Source of the DNA: the human T2T-CHM13v2.0 reference genome, Homo sapiens
Direction: 5' to 3' (one strand)
NCBI RefSeq assembly: GCF_009914755.1
Contig: NC_060941.1
DNA: 64,000 nucleotides
A program made the translations under genes and the position numbers. Below the pieces are notes generated by a model. That model was not told the origin of the DNA and did not search any database. It was given only the letters and a program-made list of their open reading frames with translations. Below, piece after piece: positions 13,679-27,431 of the stretch; position 1 is the first letter of the stretch, and every line of letters starts with the position of its first letter.

Positions 13679-13970
13679 CTTCCACTTCCAGGGTGCCTTT
13701 CATCCCAGCACACCTCAAAACCAAACAACCCTGGCCTGCGCTCAGGATTTCCCTTGGCCCTGGGGGAGGAATGTAGCCGTTGTTAGCAGCCCCGGACCCC
13801 GGCTGAGCCTGCCACGGCTGGGCTCTGTGTGTCTGTGACCTGCAGAGGGACGATGGAAAACAGGAAACCTGCCATGGGCTGTCAAATGTGGTTGATGAAT
13901 CTTATATTTCATCTGCCAAGGTAAAGGTTAGGAATGAATAAAGAAGCAGTCTGGGGGCGGGAGCCACGTG
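13679..13970 (-). promoter_or_regulatory. KRT23: Candidate KRT23 upstream promoter and non-coding exon 1
   Basis: Donor AG|GTTCGG at 13678; TATA-like ATATAAG ~13901-13907; GC box GGGGCGG ~13954-13960; CACGTG E-box 13965-13970. Confidence 0.45.
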
Positions 13971-15598
13971 CTAGTTACTGGCAGTTGGATTTAAAGGGGA
14001 CTTACAAATAAAATATCAGCGCAGGAAGGGCTTCTGGCCTTTCTGGTTCCAAGCCACTAATTGGACAGATGAGGAAAGCTGAGGCCTATGGTGGTGGGGA
14101 GGTTAGTGGCAGAGCCAGGGCTAGATTCTTTCTCCACATAGCACTGTTATCTTGGGTTGAATCTTGACAGGTCCTGTACCACACTTCTCTTTCATAATAA
14201 TAGGACTTGCCAATTGGTGTAGCTCTTTTATATTCTTTATTGAATCCTCACAACTCTTTATGTATCCAGGCAAGGGTTGTTGTCTTCATTTTGCAGACAA
14301 AGAATCAGGGTCTCATAGGGATGAATGATCCAGAGCTGATTCGCATGTACAGTGTAATTGAGCACATGAATTCATAGGTGACACTGCCCGAGTCTGTGCT
14401 GTCCTCCCTGCCTGGAAAGTCACTCACCCCTACCTCTTCTATAGTTCAAGGGCTACCTCCTTCAACAATCATTTTCTGAATTCTCCTGCATGAGTTGGGT
14501 GACCCTCTAGGAGGAAACTGCCTCTTCTGGATGCCGAGGTCCTCCAGAGGGGCAGACACCTTGGCATCCCACCTCATGGTGGAAGCTGGGAGCCCCTAGC
14601 CAGGCGCAGCCACCTCCTGTGCCTGGGATGAAGTCCACTCCGTTCTTTCACTCCATTATACTGCATTTGCCACACCCTTCTGAGACCGCAGGCTTCTTGA
14701 AAGCAGAGTTTATGTCTTCCATTTTTGAGCACCAAAGTCTGGTTTCTTGGTGGTATTTTGCAAATGTATGTTGACTCAATCATAAACTTTTTAGAGTCAG
14801 GATTTTAACACAGGTCTCCTGATGCCATCAACTTCTGCTCCTTTTAGGACTGTGAGTTATAGAACTAGAAAGTAGGAAAACGCCTCTCCTGGGTATAGAT
14901 TAACCATCCATGAAGGCCAATCTTTTCCAATTACAAATAAAGCCACCCAAAAGCACACCAGCTCTGCTCCTCCCAGTCTTACAACAAAACCTTATCAGGG
15001 AAGAGTCTCTGAATATTTTTTATTTCACTGTGCACGAGCTGGAAAAATGAGCCTCCAAGCCTCAGGGAAGCTTGGAGAGTGCTTAGAAAGAGTGCCGACA
15101 GTCACTTACATCTCAGATATGAGAAAAAGACAAAAGAGACAAGTGATAAAAATAGAGCAAATGAGGGAACTAGAGAGACTTGTTTGGCGAGTGGTGGCAA
15201 CCAGTGTTCTGTGGATGTGGACGGTTCCTGGTCATCAAAGTTATGGTCAGCTCTGGTTCCTGTTCGCCTGGACCCAGACTTACCAAGGAAGAAAACATTT
15301 ACCTTTAGCATGTGCAAGGGCCGGGCTGCACTGCCTTTTTCTAAATTCTCTCACCAGAATCTACAATGAAATTAATGCTTCTCTAATTATTTCAGGCATG
15401 TCTGAGTGGCAGTGACTTATCAACCCCATAGATTTGGCCACTGTCTCATTTTATGTCCATGTGTGGGAGTTTTGATTTATAGGACTTATCCTTGAGCAAA
15501 AGATTTCTTGTGTCATAGCAGGACCAGGGCCAGGAAAAACTGGTGGTGAGATCTGAGAGCACTGGGGAGAAATAGTCTCTTCTAGTACTGTTATATGA

Positions 15599-16223
<625 letters not shown>

Positions 16224-17816
16224 CTGGTTTTCCATAACTTCTAATGTGTAGAGTTCCATTGGATTTTAAAAGAAATGATGCTTTTTTAAAAGCATCATTT
16301 TAAAAGCATTAAAAGAAATGATACATGCTTATTATACAAAATCAAGTGATACATGATGGTACAGGAAAAAATATTTAAAAATTCTACCACACACACACAA
16401 CGTTTGGTGACATTTGGTGAACATCCTTTCAGATACTATGTGTATGTATTGGAAGACAAAAGAATGGCTAGAATAATTGGAAAAATGGGCTCCTGCGACT
16501 TATTCCATTTTAGAAAAACTTAAGTCAATTAACACATTTTAATTGGCAAATAAGGAACTAAAATGAATTCACTTTAGTGACATAGTTTTTCTAGAATTTA
16601 AAAACGTTCATCACATTCTTTTAAATTTTACATTTTTAAGAAGGATAAAATGGCCTGTAAATGCCAGGATTTTTGGAATCGCAGGACTGGAAAGAAAAGC
16701 AACGCTGAGCCACTTGTTGCAGATTTTTGCTTTTAGGGAGGACAACGGCAGAGTGCTGAGCTTGTTTTTGAAGTATTCTTAAAGAACGCGAGGGATGAAG
16801 CCTCCAACTGCTTCCTCAGTAAATGGCCAACATTTACTGATCCTTTTGGTTCACAAGCATTTCACTTGCAATATGGTTTCAGGATTTCTTTTGGTATTTC
16901 TGTAGAGTGCAAATTGTTCAGAATCAAAATCATTCTGCTTTGCATGATTTTCTGGCTGAAACATTTGTAGTTTTCACATTTGATTCATCTTTCTGATGAA
17001 CTCAGTTGTCGTCTTGAAAGGGAGTGGGTACTTTGTAAGACAGCTCAGCTGTTGAGTGAATGCATGGGGTTGCATGTGGGTGTGTTGGGGTCAGAAGGGA
17101 GCCCTGTCAGAAGGTAGCTGTCATGAACTGGGTACACCGTCTGTTTGTGTGCCTTTTCAAGACAACCATTCCATTAATGAAGCATTTTATAGGCACCCGT
17201 TCTTTATAGTAGAGAAAGATGGCCAAAATGACTCTCAAATACATTTTTACTACACATGATATTTCAGCACAGATGAGTAGTAGGTCTTCAGGCAAAATTG
17301 CTATGCTATTATCCTATGAGTTGGAAGGTTACATAAGAAGATTAGACATTTATAGAAATAAAACATGCCCATTAAAAGTGGGCAAAGGACATGAACAGAC
17401 ACTATATACAGATACTATTTGTAAGCGACTCAAGTTGGCTGTTGTTTTCTTCCTCATTTGAAATACTGTATTGAAGACTTCATAACTCACATCATCTCTC
17501 TGTTGGCCCCTTTTTCCTGGACAAATAGAAATATGAGAAAACGGTCTGAGGATCATGCTGTAACAAAGTGTTTTATATCAGCTTTACTTGACCACTCATG
17601 CTTATGCCCTTGTAGCATCTTATCCATTGGGAAAATGTTCCCAGCTGAAAACAGTCAATTGCAGCTGCAATTTTAAACATGGAATGCAATAGATAGACTT
17701 TAAGAAGTTAGTAAAATCTCTAAAACTATATGCAAAAATTTCTCTGCATGCTTATATGCTTGCTTTTCTGAGGAATAGAAGCTTTTATTAACTGTTGTAT
17801 TTAAAAATTTCAATTA

Positions 17817-18425
<609 letters not shown>

Positions 18426-18511
18426 TCATTAACTTTTCAAAGGAGTATATAAGTTTAAAAAGTCAGGATCCAGTGATGTAAAACTTTAGTTTCCTTCCCT
18501 GTTGCCATTGA

Positions 18512-19252
18512 GCTCCTCCTTCTCCCTTTCTCCTCCCCCTCCTTCTCCTTCTTCTCCTTCTTCCTCTTCCTCCTCCACCTCCTCCTCTTCTTCTTCTCCT
18601 CTTCCTCCTGCTTCTCCTCTTCCTCCCCCCCTCCCCTCCTCCCCTTCCTCCTCCCCTCCTCCCTCTCTTCCCCCTCCTCCCCGCCTCCTCCTCCCCCTCC
18701 TCCTCCCCCTCCTCCTCCTCCTCCCCCTCCTCCTCCTCCCCCTCCTCCTCCTCTTTCTTCTTCTTTTTCTTTCTCTTCTTCTTCCTCCTCCTCCCCAGTC
18801 GTCATCTTCTTCTTCCTTTTCTTCTTCTCCTTCCTCCTCTTCTCCTTCTCCCTCCTCCTCCTTCTTCCTTCTTCCTTCTCTTCTTCTTCTTCTTATCCTC
18901 CTCCTCCTTCATCTTCCTCCTCCTCCTCTTCTTCTCCTCCTCCTTATCCTTCCTCCTCCCCCCTCCTCTTCTTCTTCTTCTTCTCCTTCTCCTTCTTCTT
19001 CCTCTTCTTCTTCCTCCTCCTCCCCCCTCGTCGTCATCTTCTTCTTCTTCCTTTTCTTCTTCTCCTTTCTCTTCTCCTTCTCCCTCCTCCTCCTTCTTCT
19101 TCCTTTTCTTCGTCTTCTTCTCCTTCCTCCTCTTCTCCTTCTCCCTCCTCCTCCTTCTTCCTTCTTCCTTCTCTTCTTCTTCTTCTTCTCCTCCTTCTCC
19201 TTCCTCCTCTTCCTCCTCCTCTTCCTCTTCCTCTTCTTCTTTCTTCCTTTTT
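18512..19252. repeat. ~740-bp (CCT/CTT)n polypyrimidine/polypurine tract
   Basis: Almost purine-free + strand. Confidence 0.95.
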
Positions 19253-19554
19253 TACTTTGCCATAGAGACAATACTTTAGGTTCACTAAAATTTTTGCAGT
19301 TGTGGGATATTGATTCAAGCACCTGCTCATTTAAAGTGGTTGGCTATATTTAAAATGTTTTTATTGCTTTTTATCTCATACCCCCAAACTGTGCATTTCA
19401 TCTCCAATTTCATTATTGGTTGAATTCCACAGCCACAAATCATATGACTTAAAATCTTCTAACTTAGTTATTAATTTTATTGAAGATTTCCTTTAGGGGT
19501 ACTCTGGTTTTATAAATAGACTAATATGACACAATTCCTACTTAAAAACTATTT

Positions 19555-20540
19555 TAAATTTTTATTTTAATAGTTTTTGGGAAACAGGTGGTTTTCAATT
19601 ACATTAATGAATTTTTTTGTTTGCAGATGATGCAATCTATTTTTTTAAATTATTATATTTTAAGTTCTGGGTTACATATGCAGGTTTGTTACATAGGTAA
19701 ACATGTGCCAGGTGGTTTGCTGCACCTATCAACCCATCACTTAGGTATTAAGCCCAGCATGCAATAGGTCTTTTCCCTACTGCTCTCCCCACCCGCCCTC
19801 CCCTGAAAGGCCTCTGTGTGTGTTGTTCCCCTCTCTGTGTCCAGATGTTCTCATGGTTCTGCTCCCACTTATAAGTGATAACATGTGGTGTTTGATTTTC
19901 TGTTCCTGTGTTAGTTTGCTGAAGATAATGGCTTCCAGCTTCATCCATGTCCCTGCAAAGGACATGATGTTGTTCCTTTTTATGGCTGTATGGTATTCCA
20001 TGATGTGTATGTACCACATTTTCTTTATCCAGTGTATTATTGATGGGCATTTGGGTTGATTCCATGTCTCTGCTATTGTGAGTAGTAGCTGCAATGAACA
20101 TACATGTGCATATATCTTTATAATAGAATGATTTAATATTTTTTTGGCAGGCCACCAGGTCTGTTGGGGTGATATCCAGTAGCAGGATTGCTGGGTCAGA
20201 TGGTCTTTCCAGTTCTAAATCTTTGAGGAATTGCCACACTGTCTACCACAATGGTTGAACTAATTTACATTCCCACCAACAATGTAAAAGCATTCCCATT
20301 TCTCCACAACCTCACCAGTATCTGTTGTTTCTTGACTTTTTAATAATCACCATTCTGACTGGTGTGAGTTGGTATCTTGTGGTTTTGATTTGCATTTACC
20401 TAATTATCAGTGATGTTGAGCCTTTTTTCATATGATAGGTTCTTTAGTGGTGATTTCTGAGATTTTGGTGCACCCATCACCAGAGCAGTGTACACTGTAC
20501 TCAATGTGCAGTCTTTTATCCCTCACTCCCTCCCACTCCT
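19555..20540 (-). mobile_element. L1PA-type 3' end (~19640-20435) nested in an L1PB-type 3' fragment
   Basis: ORF2 C-terminus-like translations (WNQPKCPS, WMKLEAII); flanks read as two halves of one older L1 3'UTR. Confidence 0.8.
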
Positions 20541-21584
20541 ACCTTTAAAGATCCTTCAGCCTCTAGATCCAACAGTTTAGTTTTATTTTGTTTGGCCTTT
20601 CAGTATTCTGTCAAATGACACAACCTATTATGTGAGGGTCTGCTCTGGGGTGCTTAGGAGCAGTTACTGATCTTTACCCATTTATACCTAGAATTCAGAG
20701 TTGCCAGTGCTCAGGAGACAAAGCAATTTAGCACCATCACCAGTAGAGAAAACCTGGTTGTCAAGATCTTTTCACATAGCTGCGATGAAGTCATCATCAT
20801 CTGAGTGACATACTTATCATTCAGTACCTTGGTATAAGCCTGAGAAGAATGGGTTGGCCTAGCCCATCATACTGGTAGTTGATCCTCATTTATCATTATC
20901 ACCTTCAGAGAAGGAGGGCACCTCCTCCCTCCTTCCAGCTTCCTTCCTTTTCCAGCTGACACCAAACCTTTCTGAGGAGGCAAGTGATGTTTCAGCTAGA
21001 TAACTTCTTTCAAAGGACTGCCAGAACACTCTGACTTAAGCCTGGTTTTAGAAAGATCCTTAAATCCTTTTGCACTGCCTCTGTGCAAAAGGCCTGTGCA
21101 GTGATTTCATTCCCTTAACACAACAGCAGGAAAAACAGATCCCTGCAAATGGGTGGGAAGTGCTGTTGCAAAGCTGAAACGACTTCACTCTTCTTTTTCT
21201 CCTTATGATTATCTTAATCTGATGGACATGATAGGTAATCAAATAAATCCTTTACACAAAGACCGTTGTTGTTAGTGATCCTGGAATTAACCTGCGTGTT
21301 AGCTTTAGTCCTCGCTGGGCGTTACTTTCTTTTGCCTTAGGAGGAGATGTTTTGAGTTAGCTGTGGTGTTGGTAGCTGAAACATCATCTCATGCAATTTG
21401 CTGAAGTCTTGTCCTTATAGGTTTTACCTTTAGCTCAGTGTGGTTCATGTTGCGGCAGGGCAAGGGTATGCAAGGCTGTTGGAAGGTCCTTGCTCCCAGC
21501 ATTCTTCCCCACTTGATAGTTGTTGCTGCCTGAAACTCAATCATGTATTTGTTTGGTTCACTCAAATATTGCTGCTTCTTCTTC

Positions 21585-21881
21585 GTTTTTCTTTCTTTCT
21601 TTTTTTTCTTTTTCTTGAGACAGAGTCTTGATCTGTTGCCCAGGCTGGAGTGCACTGGCGCCATCTCAGCTCACTGCAGTCTCCACCCCCCAGGTTCAAG
21701 CCTCCCGAGCAGCTGGGATTACAGGCGCCCACCACCATGCCCTGCTATTTTTTGTATTTTTTGTAGAGATGGGGTTTCACCATGTTGGCCAGGCTGGTCT
21801 CAAACTCCTGACCTTGAAAGATCTGCTTGGCTCAGCTTCCCAAAGTGTTGAGATTACAGGCGCGAGCCACTGCATGCGGCC
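21585..21881 (-). mobile_element. Alu with internal deletion
   Basis: Reverse Alu with T-rich tail. Confidence 0.88.
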
Positions 21882-23194
21882 AATGTTGCTTCTTATTCAG
21901 AAACAAACCTTAATACATTGTTCACACAAAAAACCCATTGTTTGCCTTTTCATTCATTGAACAAGTATTTACTGAATGCCTACCCTGTGTGGAGCAGAGA
22001 AGGTGAGGAGGAGGGCAGGGTGAGAGGACGCTGGTGGCGCACAGGACACAGGGTCGTTCTGGGCTTTCTCAGCTCTGCTGAGTATTTTGATCTTCAACAC
22101 AAGAGATGTGGAAAATGAAGATTTTAAGCAGGGGAGTACTGCACTGTGATCTTCAAAAAGATCACCCTAGCTGTCTCATGGAGAATGAATGAGGGTGAGA
22201 GTGAAGTGGTGGGGATGGCCAGGAAGGGACTGCCCCTGTCCAGAGGAGAGACAATGGAAGTTTGCTTGTTAATTTTGATTGACTTAGTAAGATATTCAGG
22301 GATATTAGAGTAAGAGCACAGCATTAACTACTTTTCTGCCGTGAGAAAGAAGACATAATAATAGTCAATAATAAATTGACTATTATTATGTCAATAAATT
22401 GACCCTGTGGTGTGTATATGCTGCATTTGTTATTCGAGAGGATTGCATAATAGACACGGTGTCTATTATGGTACCTTAAACTGTATATGTTTGATATGTG
22501 TCCTATTCAGTAGGCTTTTAGACAGGGAGTAATCATATGTTTTGCCAAAATATTTTTTTGTTCAAGGCTCTCAACTTGCTTTATGGACAAGTAACTACCA
22601 CGATGGACTTTTTCTTATGGATGTAAGAACTAAGGCAGTGAAAGGAGGAAGACTTGCCTAAGGTTGTGCAGTGAGTTAATGGCAAAGGGGCCCTAGAGCC
22701 CACTCCCTACATGGCTGCTGGTTCGTATTTCACCCATGTGCTTACAGAGACTTTACCCATGTGTACAGTGTCTTCTCACATTTACTTCTAGGTTTCTCCC
22801 TTCTATATGCGTGAATGCTGTTCTCATTACCTATTTTACTGCTCGTAGATTACTAATCACGACTCGATTTTTAGTTTGCGATACAGGTTTTTCTTTTCCC
22901 TTCCCTCCTTTCTTTTGGTTTGGAATATTTGCTTTTCAAAGCTCTGTTATTCTAACTAAAACTTTTTTTTTTTTAATTTTTGAAGATCTTCTTGATGGTG
23001 ACATTTTCTGCATCTTTGTTGCAGTTTGGACTAGTGGGAAGGATTTTGGGCTAGGGGTTTAAAGTCCACGCTCTACCGTTAACCCACCCACCTAGCAACA
23101 TTAACCTCTCTGGTCTCAAAGTTCTTACCATGAAAATGAGACTGCCAATAATTTTCCTTGTAGTTTAGAGGGTTGTTGTGGGGAGCAAGTGAGT

Positions 23195-23425
23195 TAATGT
23201 ACATACATAAGCTTTGTGATCTACATGTAATATATATACATTAGCTATGTAATAGGTGTGTACTTTACATACATGAGCCACATAATTGGTATGTAACAAA
23301 CATACTTGAACTATGTAATTTTCAAGCAATGTACACACATGATACATGTAATCTGTATGTAATATACATACAGAAGCTATGTAATAGGTCTGTAGGGTAC
23401 ACATACAAGCTTTGTAATCTGTAGA
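23195..23425. repeat. Diverged 33-bp tandem array, 7 copies
   Basis: Units start at 23195, 23228, 23261, 23294, 23327, 23360, 23393. Confidence 0.85.
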
Positions 23426-24184
23426 CTGCTGTGCAGAGATGAGGGCAGAGGAGGAGAATGATTAAAAAACACCCGTATTCCACCCTGAAGTCAGGATCCC
23501 ACAAGTCTGGACAGAGGGGAGACCGATGAAGTTGTCAGGAAGTCACAAGGGCTAGATGAAAAAGTCTAGCCTAAAAGCTATAATTCTGTCCCCAGGTGAA
23601 CTTAAGGAGAAACAGGAACTTCAGGAGTTTACATTTTATAAACTTAGTCCATGTAAAGCTCAGTCTAGATTTATGCTGATGAATACCCTGGTTACCAGCT
23701 GTCAGTTCACATCCCAATTCTGCCATTGCTACCCAGTTCTTCAGTCTTTAATTTCCACAGCTGTGAACTGAGATTAATACTCAGCCCTGATTGATGGGGT
23801 TGTTGTGGAAACGAAAGGAGATAATCTATGCATTATACATTAAAAAGTACTCAGTGATACTATTATGAAAATGTGTCTGTGTGTGTTTGTGTGTGTATGT
23901 GTGAGTGTGTTAGAATACTCTATTTTAGCTAGGTGAAATAAGCCTATATCTATGTTCTGGTTTTGGATACTTTTGCTGAGAAGTCATATATATTTTTATA
24001 GAGTGTTCTAAACTTACAGAATTTATTTTAATATGCTTTGTGGCTTTTAAAATCTCACTTTTCTATATAAATTATATCCTAAACATAATCCCCAATTTTT
24101 TGTTTTGCTATATTTTATTCTTACTATTATCATGTTATCTGTTTAAAGTTATTTTAGGGCAGGCACTCTTTCCACCCTAGCAGT

Positions 24185-24323
24185 GAACTATAAGTTCACT
24201 GCTCCACTCTACCTTAAGCCCCAGTTATTATAACTTGATGTGAACAATGTAACATATGGAAAGTTCACATCGTGTTATAATAACTGGGGTTTAAGGTAGA
24301 GTGGAGCAGTGAACTCATAGTTC
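24185..24323. repeat. Inverted repeat: 61-bp arms, 17-nt spacer, 57/61 complementary
   Basis: 24185-24245 pairs with 24263-24323. Confidence 0.95.
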
Positions 24324-24952
24324 TTCCCTAGGAAGGCTTGAGTTTCCAAATACAGGTAAAAGCCATTTCCAAATGCCTTTGGTTAGGTCCCACTCTGGTC
24401 TTTTCCTTCTAGCTCTGTCAATTAGGGAATAAATTATTGCAAAGTGTATATTGGTTAAAAAAAAAAAGGAGGAAGAGGCAGTTTTTCATGACGGTTAAAA
24501 GTGCAGGATTTGGAGTCCCATGGTCCTGGGTGTGAATCCTGGCTGTGGCACTAACTATCTGTGTGACTGGCTGTGAACCTCTCGTGCCTCACTTTCTTCA
24601 TCTGCAAAATGGGTAGTTGTATAGCAAATGCACATAGAGAACACTTAACACTTTGGCACATTGGAAGCACTCAGTAAATGTTAATTGTTATTATTGTTGC
24701 TCTAAAGAGATGACCCCACAAGGTTATGGAGTATGTTTACATCTTCAAACTATTAGTTAAGATATAGCCTTAAACATATGCTCTCCTTATGTCAGAATGT
24801 TCCCTGAGGGTTGAAGTACAACCGGGAAGCTTGATTGGTTCGTGAATTTAAACACTCGTGACTTTATTGCTTACTCCAGTTTTGGTTTTGGGGTTTTAGA
24901 GAGATAATACATGGGCTGTCTCTTTTCCCCTCCCTCTCTCTGTTTCCTTTGG

Positions 24953-25820
<868 letters not shown>

Positions 25821-25836
25821 GTAGTGTCTGTGTGTT

Positions 25837-26353
25837 TGTGGGGGAAACATCCAGTAGGAACTCTGGTGATGGATTTTTGCTGAAGATTTGCCAGGTCTGT
25901 CCTGCAGACCCTGGCCGAGCGTCGGATGAAGGGAGTACTGACAACACAGGCGTGCAGTGTAAGAGCAGCTAGGGGTCTGCCGGCACTTAGGGCCAAAGAA
26001 GAGAGCAGCTGCGAACAGCTGAAGCTGCTTGCTTTTATTCAGTACAGACATAATGCCGAAAGCCTGGAGCAAACACAATCTGCGGGTAATTAACATTATT
26101 GTTCCCCTTTTCAGGGAGCAGTCATGTGCACAGATTATCAAAGGTCGGTTTCTGGACAACCTAAGTAAACAAGCCTGTTTACGATAAATTCCCCTACACC
26201 TCCTTGTACCTACTCCTTGCCCTCTGCCTCAGGATCAGAGAACAGCTGCCTTCAGCTTATTCTCCCCTGAAGCTATGCAGAGCCTTCTGAACTTTCAGAA
26301 GGTTTGCATCCTTTCCCTATAGTTTCTCCCACCACTCTGACCAATCTCCTACA
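25837..26353 (-). mobile_element. Solo LTR, LTR22 (HERV-K HML-5)-like
   Basis: Minus strand starts TGTAGGAGATTGGTCAGAGTGGTGGGAG, ends CCCCCACA; internal AATAAA at 26034-26039; no matching TSD seen. Confidence 0.7.
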
Positions 26354-27088
26354 AAGATTAAATCAAGGTGAATAGAATGTGTTTTCCATGTGATTTATAA
26401 AACATATTTTCCATACACATACTTAGTCTAGATCTTTAATTATTAGCGTAACAGCAAAGATGGTTATAGTTACTATATTTCATAAACCCTAAAAAGGCAA
26501 ATTATAGGTGGATTTTTAAATTTTCAAATTAATATATATGATATACCTCAGAAAATTATAGAATTTAAATCACATTTAATTAAACATTTTACAAATAATT
26601 TTTACGGAGAAGCATAAAATTACATAAAAGGAAGGCTGTTCCTGAAGATCCACGGCACGTGGGAACCATCATTAGGGCAAATGTGAATATGTGTCTTTTA
26701 TTTACAACCAAAGCCTATTTCCCTCCTGATCTCACCCTTTGTCCACAGCTCGTCTTTCATCCTTAATTATTATTTACTACATAGTCTTTGTGTCATTACT
26801 ACAAAGAGACGGTGCTGTAACTGGGACGCTGGACACGGTCCCTGCAATCTTAGTCCCACTGTACATTCTGTTCCATGTAAGTGAGCTCCAAATGACCTCT
26901 TGGTTCTTCTTACTCTGCAGCCACAAAAACATATCCATTTTGCTCCTTTCTCTTTCTTATTTTGTCTATTTCTCCCAGTGCCTCTCCTGAATACACTAAT
27001 ATAGCATCTTCTGTTTTTTTCTGAACCCAACACGTTTGATTTCATTTCTGATTACCATCCCTCTAATTATAATTTGTAGCCTTTCTTA

Positions 27089-27431
<343 letters not shown>

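Noticed and set aside
18455-19353. Long ORFs (283, 137, 116, 98 aa) rich in S/P/L or E/G/R/K
   Set aside because: Stop-free translations of the CCT/CTT tract; no coding evidence
19748-20239. L1 ORF2-like peptides (also 44315-45532)
   Set aside because: Truncated, frameshifted L1 3' fragments; not active
22730-23035. Segment with scattered CpGs that might be a pseudogene or transposon-internal fragment
   Set aside because: No recognisable protein similarity in the frames I translated; needs BLASTX/Dfam
23195-23425. CRISPR-like reading of the 33-bp periodic array
   Set aside because: No constant repeat with unique spacers, no cas genes, and the DNA is primate
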